The notes beneath the pieces are model-generated. The model worked only from the letters and a program-made list of their open reading frames with translations, ran no database searches and was not told where the DNA came from. Source: Leucoraja ocellata (taxonomy: Eukaryota). From it: DNA of 64,000 bases. The stretch spans positions 2,728,001-2,792,000 of the forward strand of contig JAWMAR010000263.1 of assembly GCA_036785375.1 (NCBI GenBank). The letters run 5' to 3'. Numbering within the stretch: the stretch's first letter is position 1; each line of letters begins with the position of its first letter. Both the position numbers and the translations under genes were made by a program. Of the stretch, positions 24,615 through 38,344 are shown one piece after another.

Positions 24615-25834
24615 ATCCTTTAAGCAAGTTGCTTTTAAGTAAGTAAGTAAGTTGATTGGCCAAGTATTCACATACAAGGAATTTGCCTTGGTGCTCCGCC
24701 CACAAGTAACAACATGACATACAGTGACAATTACGAATGACTAAGAAAACACTAAACATTAATAATAATAAAACATCTTCTTTCTCCTTATTTTTCCCCT
24801 GGTAATAGTTTATTTTTGGTCTTTGTTGATAGTTTTGTTAATATTGGTAAAACATTACCTCCAGTGCTAAAGGGTTAATTTTACAAGCAGAAATTCAGTC
24901 CAATCGTCCTCTCCAGTACAAATAACACAAACCATGGGATCAGTTCCTTCAGACAGTCAGTGGGATTGCAGTAACCCAACACTTGCTTGTCAGTCTCTGG
25001 GCTAGTGGGCTTCAGCATTGGGACCCTTGAAAAGACAAGGATGGGTATACGGATAGGTGAGATTTGCCAAGATTTGAGGGAGATGGGCCAAATGTAACAA
25101 CATGCAGGAGAAAGAGCAGTAAAGTATGGGTTAAAGATCACTGCAGTTCCATTAGACAATAGACAATATACAATAAGTGCGGGAGTAGGCCATTCGGCAC
25201 TTTGAGCCAGCTCCGCCATTCAATGTGATCATGGCTGATCATCTAAAATCAGTACCCCATTCCGGCCTTCTCTCCATATCCCCTGACTCCACTATCTTTA
25301 AGAGCCCTATCTAGCTCTCTCTTGAAAGTATCCAGAGAACCGGCCTCCACCGCCCTCTGAGGCAGAAATTTCCACAGACTCACAACTCTCTGTGTGTGAC
25401 TATTGTAATGTAGAGGTAGCCAGTCAGCAACTGTGACATTAATTGCCGGCATGAGCCAAGCAGTAGCTCTCAAATGAGAACCTCTCTGCATCAAAGGTGG
25501 GAAATGGAAAGCAGGATGGATTGCAGTCAGTTGTGCTTTCCTTACATTAGAAGAAGATATATTCTCTCTGCACACTGGCATTATAGGATGCTGGCTGGCC
25601 ATGTAGGAAAACATATTTACTTTTCACTGACTCATTCAACCATATGATTAAAAACTGTGCAGCTTTGCCTGACTAAAGTGATCTAAAAATGATTCCGCTA
25701 GTAGCTGAAAGTTTGTCATTCATTTGATGATGGGTAAAAAATAGTCAATGGTGGTAAAGGTCAATGTTCAGCAAGTTCTAATTTTTTTCTGTTAACAAAA
25801 TTGAGGGGGATTAAATGACAAGATCACAACAGCA

Positions 25835-26632
25835 TGGCAAACCCTCGTTATAACGGGCCATGGGTGGGGGGGGGGGGATAATGTCCGTTATTTCCGATTG
25901 ACCACAATAACCAAGTGATGAAACAATGATACAATTTATTTGTTGTCATTTGAACCTCATTGAGGTTCAAACCAAATTTGGTTTCTGCAGTCATACACAC
26001 AAGAAAAAGAACCAAGACACAACACAATTTACACAAACATCCATCACAGTGAATCTCCTCCTCACTGTGATGGAAGGCAAAGTCTTATCTCTCCGTAAGG
26101 TATTATGATTGCATAAGTAGTAGAAATAAACACCAGATAGTAAAACCGCATGTTATATGAAAAGTTTTACTCTTATCAAGCAATACATAAAAGGAAACAA
26201 ACAGCTGGAGTAACTCAGCAGGTCAGGTAGCACCTTTGGAGAACATGGATAGGTGACATTTCGGCTCAGGACCCAACTACGGACTCTCGGTCTGGAACTG
26301 GGTCAGGAATCCAAGTGAGTTGACGACCCAATGGCCGAGGGAATGGTGAGAATCGGTGGAGTCAAAGGTCGCAGCGCGTGGGACGGAGAGGGAGAGGTGA
26401 GGGTCGGCTGTGGAGTTTGTAGGTGCAGCTTTAAGTGGCCATGGAAGCAATGTGGGCCAGCAGTGGCAGCAGCGGTCTGGAAGCGGGGTGAGCCGGGGAC
26501 TGAGGGAGCAGCTGGGGCACGAACAGCCGGCAAGGTGGCACGACCTGGAGGTGGCGTGGTAAGTTGTCGCTAGGTCTGGCCACTATGACCAAAATCCGTT
26601 ATAAAGATGTCCGCTAAAACAAGGGTTTACTG
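25835..26632. mobile_element. pogo/Tigger-like (Tc1/mariner) MITE with nested fragments
   Basis: Left aaaccctcgttataacgg and right ccgctaaaacaagggtttactg|TA, with subterminal tccgttat repeats. Contains a Rex1-type tail (~25925-26095) and a Penelope piece (~26195-26275). Confidence 0.6.
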
Positions 26633-26883
26633 TATGTGTTTTTCATCTTCTACATCCAATGGCTTTTTGGAACTCAGGAATAGAAACAAACTGAGACAGC
26701 AGTAGAGACCAGTCCCACTGACATTCACCAGCAATAAGGTAGGAATAAGGAGAAGGTGTGCAGATCTCATTAAAAAAAGCCTTACTGTTTTAAGTGGTTT
26801 AATTAATTGTTTTTTTAAGTGTCATTAAAATGTTTCCTTCAGTCTTTTAAAAGTTAATGTTTTTCAAATCTCTCTCGCTTAAA

Positions 26884-27200
26884 GGGTGGCATGGTGGTGG
26901 AGTGGTAGAGTTGCTGCCTTTAAGCGCTTGCAGTGCTGGAGACCCAGGTTCGATCCCGTCTATGGGTGCTATCTGTATGGAGTTTGTATGTTCTCTCCTT
27001 TACCGCAAGGGTTTCCTCGGAGATTATTTGGTTTCCTCTCACACTCCAAAGATGTGCGGGTAAGTTAGGTTAATTGGCTCAGTGTACAGTATGTGTAAAT
27101 TGTTCCTAGTGTGTAGTAGGATAATGTTAATGTGTGGGGATCGCTGGTCGGTGTGGACTCAGTGGGCTGAAGGGCTTGTTTCCTGTATCTCTAAAACTAA
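26884..27200 (+). mobile_element. HE1-type V-SINE
   Basis: A/B boxes, V-domain and tail. Confidence 0.88.
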
Positions 27201-27949
27201 AAAGTATTAAAATCTTCATCACCTTTGACAGAAGCTCCACTTCCAACTTTTATCTTCTATCAATGCCTTTCTGGGCTGTTTAGGGAGCTAGAACAGTTGA
27301 GAACCAGTCCTGATTTCAATACCTGGCCCCAATGTGTTGAGATGAGCCATCCACATCGGTGTCAGGAAAATACAGCTGGTGACACAGACTGATCAAGCAC
27401 AAATTGGCCCACCATTTTCCTACAATTTTCACTGCCATATCCCATTTTGCAGCATGAAGCAGCTGAGCAGTTGCTTATTGCTAAAACTCAAATAGTGATT
27501 TCGGAACCATTATGATAAAAGAGGGCATCTGAACTATAGCACAGCAGGACAACTACAATTTACAGAGAATCAAAGTGTACAAAAAACACTGTTACAGTTC
27601 TGTGGAGAAAAAGAAAGCAGCATGTGGGTTTTAGTCATAAAGTCATAGAGCTTTACAGCACAGAAACATGCCCTTTGGCCTAACTTGTCCTTGCCGACCA
27701 AGTTGGCATACTGAACTAGTCCCATTTGACCCAAAGCCCTTTAAACCTTTCCGATGGATATATCTGTCAAAATATTTTCAAAAAGTCATAATTTTATCTG
27801 CTTCTATAGGTTCCTCTGGCAGCTCATTCCAGATATGAACTACCCTCTACGTGAAAAAAGTTGCTCCTGATGTCCCTATTAAATCTCATCCAAATCATTC
27901 ATGTAGGTCACAATGAGCAGTGGGCCTACCAACAACCCATGCGATATCC

Positions 27950-28455
27950 CACTGGTCAAAGTGCCTCTAATCAGAAAAACAACTCTTCATAACTATCCTT
28001 TGGCTTCTTCCTCCAAGCCAGGTGTGAACACAATTGGCTAGTTCATTTTGGATTCCTTCCAGACTCGCCTACCAGGCTTTATCAAAGGCTTTGCTGGAGT
28101 CCATGTAGATAACATCAACTGCCCTGCGACATTTGAGTCAGAGGACACGATTGCCCACACACAAAGTCACACTGACTACCCTAATCAGTCCGTGCCCATC
28201 CAAATGCAGGTAGATCCAGTCCCTCAGAATCCCCTCTATCAACTTCCATTGTCATCAGTCACAGTGACCTGTGTTTACCTGGCTTGTCACTGCTGCCCTC
28301 TTTAATAACGTTACAACATCAGCCACCATCCAGCCTTCTGGAACTTCAATAGTAGCTAACGATGATGCCAATACCTCTGCAAGGGCCTCCGCAATTTCAT
28401 CATTAGCTTCTCACAAAGTCAAAGAAGCACAAGGTCAGGGCCTGGTGATTTATCC
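27950..28455 (-). mobile_element. Old CR1 RT-region fragment
   Basis: Minus strand with VDVIYMD..KAFDK and SGI..G.L.GPLL-like remnants. Confidence 0.6.
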
Positions 28456-28642
28456 TCAGCACATCTTAATACACTTGAATTCTAAATAAAATTCTCTGGA
28501 TGCTCAAAGTATCGCACTCACCAAAAGTTTTGGATTTGACAAATGTTTCAGAATTATGGATGCATTTCTCAGCAATAAACATGGAACCGTACAGTACCAA
28601 AACAGGCCTTTCGGACAAGAAGTGATGAAATCAAACAAACCA

Positions 28643-28947
28643 ACCTGATCGTCCAATTGTTCAGCGCCAACTCCCCCTCCTATTCCCAATCTGATCTTTC
28701 TGTTCTGGGCCTCCTTAATTGCCAGCGCAAATTGGAGGAACAGCACCTCACATTTTGCTTGGACAGTTTGCACCCCAGCAGTATGAACATTGACTTCTCT
28801 AATTTTAGATAGCCCTTGCTTTCTCCCTCTACTGTCTCTGCCCACTTCCTTTCTTTCCCCCCCCACATCAGTCTGAAGAAAGGTCTTGACCCGAAACGTC
28901 ACCTGTTCCTTCTCTCCATAGATGCTGCCTCACTTGTTGAATTTCTC
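28643..28947 (+). mobile_element. Penelope-like 3' fragment with hammerhead motif at 28873-28900
   Basis: cgcaaattggaggaacagcacctc...ttctctaattttagatag, then ctgaagaaaggtcttgacccgaaacgtc. Confidence 0.75.
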
Positions 28948-28998
28948 CAGCATTGTTTATCTACCTTAAAGTGAATTAATGTTGGAAGGACTGCAGAT

Positions 28999-29808
28999 AG
29001 AATAGAATAGAATGCAATTTATTGTCATTCAAACCTAGGTTTGAACAAAATATAATTTCTACAGTTTTTTACATTACAAAACAATGCAAGACCCACACTT
29101 AACACAGTTTACATAAACATCCATCACAGTGAGTCTCCAACATCTCCTCACTGTGATGGAAGGCAAAGTCTTTATCTCTTCCCTTTGTTCCTTCTCCCGT
29201 GGTCCAGCAGTCCAACTGCAGTGTCGAGGCGAACTGGGACTCCGATGTTAAAGCCCCCGGCAGGCGATGGTAAGTCCTGAGGCCGTTTAAGCCACGCCGG
29301 GCGATGTTAGGCCCCGGCTCCATGTCCTTTAAACCCGCGATTCCAGCGGGAGAAGTCGCCGTTGCGGAGCTCGGAAAAGCGGTCTCCCACCAGGGACCTG
29401 CGAGCTCCCGATGTTCCCGTCCACCGGGTCTGCGGCCGGTGCCTCCGAACTCCAAAAGTCGGGTCGCAGCCGCACGCCACCACAGCTCCTCCCGCTCCGA
29501 AGTTGGCCAGCTCCGCGATGACAGTTCCGCAGGCTCTGCAACTGGAGCCCTCAGGTTAGTCCCGGCCGGAGGCTGCTGCCGGCTCCACAATGTTAGGCCC
29601 AACGACATCCGAGACCCGACAGAGAATAGTTGGGTCTCCGCACAGGGAAGAGATTAACTGTTTCCCCACAGCCCCCCCCCCCCACCACCCCCCACATATA
29701 CACAGCTAAAAAAATAAATAAAAACTAACTCAAGACATACATTTAACAAGACAAAAATAAAAAAAGACAGACGACTGTAGTCGAACCGCTGCCGTTAGGC
29801 GCCGCCAC
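28999..29808 (-). mobile_element. GC-rich non-autonomous retroelement (related subfamily) inserted in a Penelope-derived head
   Basis: (CTATT)n tail and the same hairpins. cagat is duplicated at 28994-98 / 29817-21, splitting ggaaggactgcagat|gctggtttaaacc. Confidence 0.75.
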
Positions 29809-29894
29809 TGTACATACAGATGCTGGTTTAAACCAAAGATAGACACAAAAAGCTGGAGTAACTCAGGCAGGATCTCTGGAGAGAAGGAATTGGT

Positions 29895-29922
29895 GACGTT
29901 TCGGGTCGAGACCCTTCTTCAG
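29895..29922 (-). ncRNA. Minimal hammerhead motif in Penelope-derived repeat
   Basis: Minus strand CUGAAGAAGGGUCUCGACCCGAAACGUC, intact core. Confidence 0.65.
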
Positions 29923-30713
29923 ACTAGTCAAGTGAATTAATTTAGAAAGTGAATTAATGTAGTAGCATGAACTCTCTATTCAGTCACAATTTCATTAGTT
30001 ACTGACAGAGGTTAAACACGCAGAATATTCTTCATTTGAAGCAAGCATATGTGATCTCAGGTGTCTGTGACAGCAACAGTCTCAGGAGACACACAATTCG
30101 GAAGCATTCCTCTCACATCAATGCCTCAGATCCAAATTGCATCAGATTAATGTGATCTTTGTGTTCGAGTCACTCTCAGCGATGTGGGAATGAAGAATTA
30201 GCAAGTGGAGCTTGAACAGAACAGGTACACACTCTGCAGTAAGAGAAACAGATCTGAATAACAATGAATGAGTGCCAAGTGTGCACTGTGCACAAAGGTC
30301 TCTCATCAGTAGATATTATTTAGAACTGTGGAACTCACACTATCATTCTGAAGCGATATTTGCAATCACTATTGACTAAAAGATCCACATTACCACTAAA
30401 TGAGCTGTGTGCCATGCCACTGAATACATGTACACGATTCAGCTAAATATAGAAGCATAGATATAGTCATAGTCTTATAGCTCAAAAACAGGCCCTTCGG
30501 CCCATTTTGCCATTGCTTAACAATATGTCTCATCTACACTAGTCTTACCTGTTTATGTGCATGTATGAGATGTGTTGACAGTGCGACAGAAACCAAGGTG
30601 TGAAGTGTAATGGGGCTGCAATTGCCCGCTGGTGTTTCAATGAGTAGAACATCAACCTAAATCACGTGAGCGAGAGATACGAATACTTCGGGATATTGCT
30701 TTGAGAACCTTAT

Positions 30714-31143
30714 GCCCACTTAGGCGATTTTTTTAGGCGACTAAGCTGTCGCCACACAGTCAGCGGGGTGTCGCCTGTTTGGTCGTGAGTTGTCTCCTCA
30801 GTCGCCCAAAGAGTCGTAGCGTTTTTCTGGTCGCCGCTGGAGTTTGAAATGTTTTAAACTTTTCGGCGACCGTCGGCGACCGTGGGCTTGTCGTAGCTTG
30901 TCTTCTCTTGACGTAGGTGCTGTCCTATGTTGTCGCTAGGATGATGTAGGTTGTTGCCAGATGACGTAGATTGGCGTTGGTGCTGACTTCGGTGAATGCC
31001 ATTGTCATAGTCGCCGGCAGTCGCCTAAAAAAATCGCCTAAGTGGGACAGGCCCATTTGTCCAGTCGCAGGTTTATCGGCAACCTGCTACGACTATGACA
31101 GTCGCCAGCAGTTGCCTAAAAAATCACCTAGTGGACAGGCCCT
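30714..31143. mobile_element. PIF/Harbinger-type MITE plus duplicated right end
   Basis: cccacttaggcgattttttaggcgact / agtcgcctaaaaaaatcgcctaagtgggacaggccc long TIR, with a second right end at ~31105-31143. Confidence 0.7.
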
Positions 31144-31204
31144 TTAGCAATTCAGAATGCACATACACACATTTCTAATCCACCATGACAGCCATTCTAT
31201 TACA

Positions 31205-31555
31205 ATCGACTCAAAAAGCTGGAGTAACTCAGCGGGACAGGCAGTATCTCTGGAGAGAAGGAATGGGTGACATTTCGGGTCAAGACTCTTCCTCAAATTG
31301 AGAGTCACGGGAAAGGGAAACAAGAGATAGTGTACAGACGATGATGTAGCGAGATATAGCACACTGAATGAAAGATATGGAAAAAAGTAACGATGATAAA
31401 GGAAACAGGCCATTGTTAGTTGTTTGTTGGGTTAAAACAAGAAGCTGGTGTGGCTTGGGTGGGGGAGGGATAGAGAGAGAGACGTAATGCCGGGCTTACT
31501 TGAAATAGAGAAAACAATATTCATACCAGTGGGTCGAATGCTGTCCAAGCGATAT
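31205..31555 (-). mobile_element. Penelope-like 3' fragment
   Basis: Homologous to 18840-19140 (tail and end of the GIY-YIG coding region). Confidence 0.75.
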
Positions 31556-31744
31556 ATGAATTATATTACAATATGTTAACATCCACTTTCTCTGTGTTTT
31601 GTCGGATAAGTTTGTCGGAAATTATAATGCTATACAATGCTGTGATGGGATGTCCATAACTTTGTTTCTGTGTCGTAACAGGTGCTCTCCAATACTTAGG
31701 CTGGTGTGAAACATCAAAACTGGGAGTAAAGATGCAGAGGTCAG

Positions 31745-32049
31745 GGGCGGCAGTGGCGCACAGATAGAATTGCTGCCTTACAGTGGCTAAGACCGGGTTC
31801 GATCCGGACTACGGGTGCTGTCTGTACAGAGTTTGTCCATTCTCCCTGTGACCGTGTGGGTTTGCTCCGGGTGTTCCGATTTCCTCCCGTACTTCAAAGA
31901 CGTACAGGTTTATAGGTTAATTGGCTTAGGTAAAAATTGTAATTTGTCCCTAGGGTGTTGGGTAGCAGTAGTGGGCGGGGTGATCACTGGTCAGTGTGGA
32001 TTTGGTGGTCCGATGGGCTGTTCCCACGCTGTATCTCTAAAGTCTAAAG
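31745..32049 (+). mobile_element. HE1-type V-SINE
   Basis: A/B boxes, V-domain and tail. Confidence 0.88.
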
Positions 32050-33174
32050 AGTAACGGTTTTATAGAAACATAGAAAATAGGTGCAGGAGTAGGCCATTCA
32101 GCCCTTCGAGCCTGCACCGCATTCAATATGATCATGGCTGATCATCCAACTCAGTATCCTGTACCTGCCTTCTCTCCATACCCCTTTATCCCTTTAGCCA
32201 CAAGGGATAGATGGAAGTGAGGGAAAGAAAAAAAGGTAAAAGGGGGAAAGGCAAGTATGATTTAATGTTAAAAAGATGATGAATAGCATAAGTTACCAAA
32301 GACCTACAGGTGAATATGAACTATGTGAAATTACAAAAAGAAGGAGTGATATGAATCATGAATAAAAATGATGATTGCTCATTATCTGAAATTGTGAAAC
32401 TCAATGGTGTGTCCAGATGCAGGTATTAATTGTAAAAATGAATAGCATTTTGTTAAGCTTAAGTACTTTCTATTTATTATACCCATTCACTTATTGCTGC
32501 ATAACATTCCGTATAATGAAAAGATTATATCCATGGTCACAACACTGATCTGAAGCTTGGAAATATACAAGTTGTCAAGCTGTAGATGTTATTCTGGAAG
32601 TCTGAGTAACGAGCAGTGCACTGGCAAACAAACAAAACGTGATGGCAGTGATTAGGTAAGTGAAGAAAAAGCATACAAAGGTGTTAGTGCTAAATTAACA
32701 AAAAGAGCAGTCCTAGCTGGTATTGATTGTTGGTGTCTGTGTGTGAACAATTTCATCCTTGAAAGATGACGGCCCATAAGTTCTCAGAACATTTCAATAA
32801 AATTGAAAACAATATTTGGCTATTTTCTGAAAGCCATGAGTGCTTTTACAGAGGATAAACTCTAAACGTTCATGGGCAGGGTAGAAAGGATTAGACCTTT
32901 CGCAATAGTTAGTAAGTAAGCGAGGAGAAAAATAAAATCCCTGACATGATTTTTGTTGCCTTGAATTGAGATCAGGTTAACAGATTCACTAACAGAAATT
33001 CCAAAGCCTGATTCATGCACCACTTAAGACTTTCGGCCCGAAACGTTTCCTATTTCCTTCGCTCCATAGATGCTGCTGCACCCGCTGAGTTTCTCCAGCT
33101 TTTTGGTGTACCACTTAAGACTTGTTTTATTCCCCTCACAATTTAGAAATACATTTTACAAATGAAGATTTAAG

Positions 33175-33903
33175 ACAATGAACAAACAACACCAATCTTG
33201 TTCCCAACTTCAGCAACATCAAGGAGCTGATTGTTGACTCCAGGAAGAGAAAGGCAAGGATGCATGAACCTGTCTTCATTGGACAGGACAACAGTGGAGA
33301 GAGTCAACATCCTCAAGTCCCTGGGCATGGATATCTCTGCGGATCTTTACCTAGATTTAGCACATTGATGCAATCACAAAGAAAGCTCATCAATGCCTTT
33401 ACTTCCTTAGAGGATTGAGAAGATACCTTTGAAAACTCTATTGAACTTCTACAGGTGTACGGTAGAGAGCGGATGACTGATTGCATCACGGCCTGGCATA
33501 GTTAAGAATGGAGATGACAGGGTGTGATAGACATTGTCTGGTCCTTCACATGTACTGACCTCCCCAACAATGAAGGGGTCTGCAGAAGACACTGCCTCAA
33601 AAAGGCAACCGCACCACACTGGCCATGCTCTCATTCCGTTCCTATCATCGGGAAGAAGGTACAAGAGCCTGAAAATTGTAACCACCAGGTTCAAGGATAG
33701 CTTTTTCCCATCATTAGGCACTTGAACAATACACAATAATAATCTCAGCAAATATGCTCTACGATGGTTGCACTGAGGACCAGTTTTTGCACTATATTAT
33801 ACTGTAGTTATTAATTTACTGAATTTTGGTGAATTATTATATCATATCTATGTGTATTGCCATAGGCCTGTTAAGCTGTTGCAAATAAGAGTTTCATTGT
33901 TGC
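33175..33903 (+). mobile_element. Rex1/Babar-clade LINE 3' fragment (decayed RT C-terminus)
   Basis: Translates to KELIVD..RK, VERV...K.LG, LYFLR.LRR and SGRRYKSLKIVTTRFKDSFFP, typical Rex1/Babar C-terminal motifs. Confidence 0.8.
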
Positions 33904-34217
33904 ATAAGGTCATAAGTGATGGGAGTAGAATTAGTCCATTCGGCCCAGCAAGTCTACTCCGCCATTCAATCATGGCTGATCTACCTCTCCCTCCTAACCT
34001 CATTCTCCTGCCATCTCACCATAACATCTTGACACCTGTACTAATCAAAAACCTATCTATATCTGCCTTAAAAATATCTACTGACTTAGCCTCCACAGCC
34101 TTCTGTGGTAAAACAATTCCACAGATTCACCGCCATCCATTGTCAGTACTTATTAAACACTCTTGACTCTTGAAGGAGAATTTGGAGGCCCAGCTCAGTT
34201 AGGATTTGACATATCCA

Positions 34218-34695
34218 GATTAAACATACAAGGAATTTAATTTGCCAATTCAGTCATCCAAATAAAAAGCAATCGAACACACAAAATACATTTTAACATA
34301 AACATCCACCACAGTGGACTCCTCCCCATTCCCCACTGTGGTAGAAGGCGAAAATGAAGTTAAATCTTTTCCCTTCCTTGTCCTCCCACGGTCAGGAGCC
34401 TCAAACCTTCCATTAACGGGATGATCTTACTCCCGTAGCTGGCGGCGTTTGGCTCCTCAAGTCGGGGCGATCGCTCTTGCATTGGTGGGGGGGGGTCTCG
34501 GCTCCCCCGCACCGAGCGATCGGACCCCGGGTCGGGGCTGGTTGAACCTTCTGAGTCATTGGCGCTCCCGACATCCGCGGTCTCTCCTGAGACTGCAAGG
34601 TCTCGATGGTAATGTCTGCAGGCCACGAATGGAGCGATTCCAGGCAAAGGATCAGCCCCAATGGTAAGTCCACAACCCCGCGGTGGGGCTCAGGT
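34218..34695 (-). mobile_element. GC-rich non-autonomous retroelement, 3' half
   Basis: Homologous to 35990-36400 in the reverse orientation. Confidence 0.65.
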
Positions 34696-35107
34696 AGAGT
34701 GCGGGATCGCTGGTCAGCAAGGACTTGGTGGGCCAAAGGGCCTGTTTCTGCGCTGTGTTTCGAAAAAAAAACTAAAAGACATTCTATCACAGAGTCCTAT
34801 GTTTGATGTCACAGAAAAGTAAAGGACTGCTGTTAGTTTGATTGGTTGTGAAGCACGGTAATTGATCTCAGTAAACTAGTCAATGAAGATTGAAAGTATC
34901 ATAACTAAAGTAAGAAGCAACAGACCTAATCCAAATGTACAGTTGGATGCTTTGTCCATCTAAAATGTTGCAGGGCGGTTAAACCAGTAATCCATTCCCC
35001 ACATAAAAAACCTTTGACCTGTCAAACTTATTTATAACTTCAAGGTACTCAGATGCAGTAGGCTTTGCTGTATAGCATGCAAACAAAGTCTTTCACTTAT
35101 CTCGGTA

Positions 35108-35590
35108 CATAGAAACATAGAAAAATAGAAAATAGGTGCAGGAGTAGGCCATTCGGCCCTTCGAGCCTGCACCGCCATTCAATATGATCATGGCTGATCA
35201 TCCAACTCAGTATCCTGTACCTGCCTTCTCTCTATACCCCCTGATCCCTTTAGCCACAAGGGCCACATCGAACTCCCTCTTAAATATAGCCAATGATCTG
35301 GCCTCAACTACCTTCTGTGGCAGAGAGTTCCAGAGATTCATCACTCTCTGCGTGAAAAATGTTTTTCTCATCTCGGTTCTAAAGGATTTCCCCTCTATCC
35401 TTAAGCTGTGACCCCTTGTTCTGGACTTCCCCAACATCGGGAACAGTCTTACTGCATCTAGCCTGTCCAATCCCTTAAGAATTTTGTAAGTTTCTATAAG
35501 ATCCCCCCTCAATCTCCTAAATTCTAGCGAGTACAATCTGAGTCTATCCAGTCTTTCTTCATAAGAAAGTCCTGACATCCCAGGAATCAG
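35108..35590 (-). mobile_element. HER1/CR1 LINE 3' fragment (young)
   Basis: ORF2 C-terminus, TSD gtacat at 35105-10 / 35590-95. Confidence 0.92.
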
Positions 35591-35702
35591 TACATGTGAC
35601 AATAATAAACCAATACCAATATCAGATTAATTGCACTCAAGTTGAAGCTTAAAAAAGATTTGAAGACATGGGAGAGAAAGACGTAATATAAAAAATATTT
35701 CC

Positions 35703-36440
35703 ACCAGGGGCGCCGCACCGATTGGCAGCCCCGCCAACAGTCTGTTTTTTCATCTTTTTTAAATTTTTTAGTGTGTGTTAAAAGTTTGTGTAAATGTTCT
35801 CCGGTTTGCTTTATGTGGGGGGAGGAGTCGGGGGGTCAGGAGAATTTTTTTTTTCAGTGTCTTACTTCGCCGATGCGATTATTTTCCAGATCGCATCTCC
35901 GGTTGTTCTGCGGCCTAACATCGATGGAGCTGGAGGCCTCTTCGGACTGACTTTGAGCCGCACTGTGGGTAGTGGACTTAACATCGGAGCCGATCCCTTG
36001 CCTGGGATTGCTCCAACCGTTGCCTGCGGACGTTACCATCGCAAGCTCGCAGTCTCGGGAGAGGCCGAGTTGGGAAGCTCCAACGACGCAGAGGCTCGAC
36101 CAGCCTTGACGTGGGGTCCAATCGTCGGCGCGGGGGAGCTGACATCCCCCCGATGCAGGAGCTGATTGACCCAATGTGGAGGACCCAAACGCAGCCGGCT
36201 ATGGGAGTAAGATCGTCCCGTCGACGGAGGGCTCGAGGTACCCGACCGCGGGAGAGCTACGGGAAGAGATTTGAACTTTTTTTGCCTTCCATCACAGTGA
36301 GGAATGTGGAGGAGTCACTGTGGTGGATGTTTATATTAAAATATGTTCCGTTGCTTTCTTTTGTATGACTGATTTGGCAAATTAAATTCCTCGTATGTTG
36401 CAAAACATACTTGGCTAATAAACTATTATTGTGATTGTGA
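35703..36440 (+). mobile_element. GC-rich non-autonomous retroelement (diverged subfamily)
   Basis: ggggcgcc head, T-rich tract, G tract, central hairpin, ccatcacagtga/tcactgtggtgg hairpin, AATAAA and (ATTGTG)n tail. Confidence 0.7.
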
Positions 36441-36469
36441 CCTAGAGGCTGGGAAAACTCATTTGCTTA

Positions 36470-36757
36470 ATTTTTAGATTAGTTTAGAGATACAGCATGA
36501 AAACATGCTCTTCGGCCCACCGAGTCCATGCCGACCAGCAGTCATCTATACATTAGTTCTATCCAACACACTGGGAACAATTTACAGAAGCCAATTAACC
36601 TACAAACCTGCACGTCTTTGGAATGTGGGAGGAAAGTGGAACACCAGGAGAAAATCAACGTAGTCGCAGGGAGAATGTACAAACGCCGTATAGACAGCAC
36701 CCAGAGTTAGGATCGAAGCCGGGTCACTGGCACTGTAAGGCAGCAACTCACTGCCTT
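36470..36757 (-). mobile_element. HE1-type V-SINE
   Basis: Reverse complement of the family pattern. Confidence 0.88.
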
Positions 36758-37553
36758 GTGCTGATAGAATATATCATGAATGGGTAGGAACATGCTTAGA
36801 TCCTAAGGAACTGAATCAAACAACCAAAGGCATCTCCTACCAAATCTACCTCTGGAAGAAATCATCCAAGAATGGGCAGAGGTCAGGAGTTTTGGCAAAC
36901 ATGATGCTTGAAGTACCAGTATATGAAGGTTATTTGATGATAGAAGTTCCAACATTTACTTTTGGCTTCAGAGTGAACCAAGACACGTTGCTTCAGAAAG
37001 TAGATGAGACCTATTAAGGATTGGTGGACACAGCAGTAATATCCTTATCAATAAAGTAGGTGGCAAAACTCATGATTATCATCTCAATAAGGTAATAAAA
37101 GCCACAAAGACAGGGCATAAACTGAATGTTAACAACTGCATCATGAAGGGGAAAGAATGTCAGTCTGAAGAAAGGTCCCGACCTAAAACGCCACCTGTCC
37201 ATTCTCTCCACAAGTGCTGCCTGGCAATGATTTACCCCAGCACTTTGATTCCAGCATCTGCAGTTCCTTGTGGCTCCAAAAATGTCAGCCTGTTAGACAT
37301 ATTGACACACAAAAATATCACCTCCAAAGCTGAAATGATAGCACCTGAGGATAAGAAACAAGGAGGAAGTTTGCTGGGCTAATCTGTCACACGTCACAGC
37401 CGACAGCAGACCCGAGAAATATTGAAAGAAATACTGATTTGCTGATGAAATTATCCTAAAAAAACGAAGTTTCAACATTACTCAAGGAAATGTTCTGCAC
37501 AAGGGTAAGTCTTTACCGTAAAAGGCAACGCAAGAAACTGCAGTTGCTGAATG

Positions 37554-37871
37554 TGGCACGGCATGGTGGCGTAGTGGTGGAGTTGTTGCTTTTTACAGCA
37601 CTTACAGCGCTAGAGTCCAGGGTTCGATCCTGACTACGGGGCTGTCAGTACGGATTTTGTACATACTCCCTGTGACCGCGTGGGTTTTCTCCGAGATCTT
37701 CGGTTTCCTCCCACACTCCAAAGACGTACAATTGGTTAATTGGTACAATGTAAAATTGTCCCCAGTGTGTACAGGCTGGTGTTAATGAATGGGGATCGCT
37801 GGTCGGTGCGGACTCAGTGGGCCGAAGGGCCTGTTTCCGCGCTGTATCTCTAAACCAAACTAAACTAAACT
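37554..37871 (+). mobile_element. HE1-type V-SINE
   Basis: A/B boxes, V-domain and (TAAAC)n tail. Confidence 0.9.
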
Positions 37872-38344
37872 GAAATCCTGAGCAAAACACAAAGTGCTGG
37901 AGGAATATGAAGAAGGGTCACGACCCAAAGCCTTGCCTGTCCATTCCCACTCCAGATGCTGCCTGACCTTCTGAGACCTGGACCTTCAAACTCCAGAATT
38001 ATGACTTTCCTCTGAAAAACTTACCAAGAAATGAAATGGTACCAATAGATGGGCAATCTTGACTGCCACCACAGGGATGTGTAATATGGGAGATCTCAGT
38101 GTGAATTTAGACGACTTAGTGAATATAACACCAAGGCTGAGTAAAATCAAAGAGGATGGCAAAGACAAACAGTTGTATATGTTCTCCCAATAAGTGATTT
38201 AGGGCAGCCAATACCTTATTGGGCAACCTGAGACAACATGGTGTCCTATTGCCTGAATCCAGAAACATCATACCAAGTTTCCACTTGTGGGAGAGTCCAA
38301 GACTAGAGGCCACAGCCTCAGAATAAAATGACATACTTTTAGAA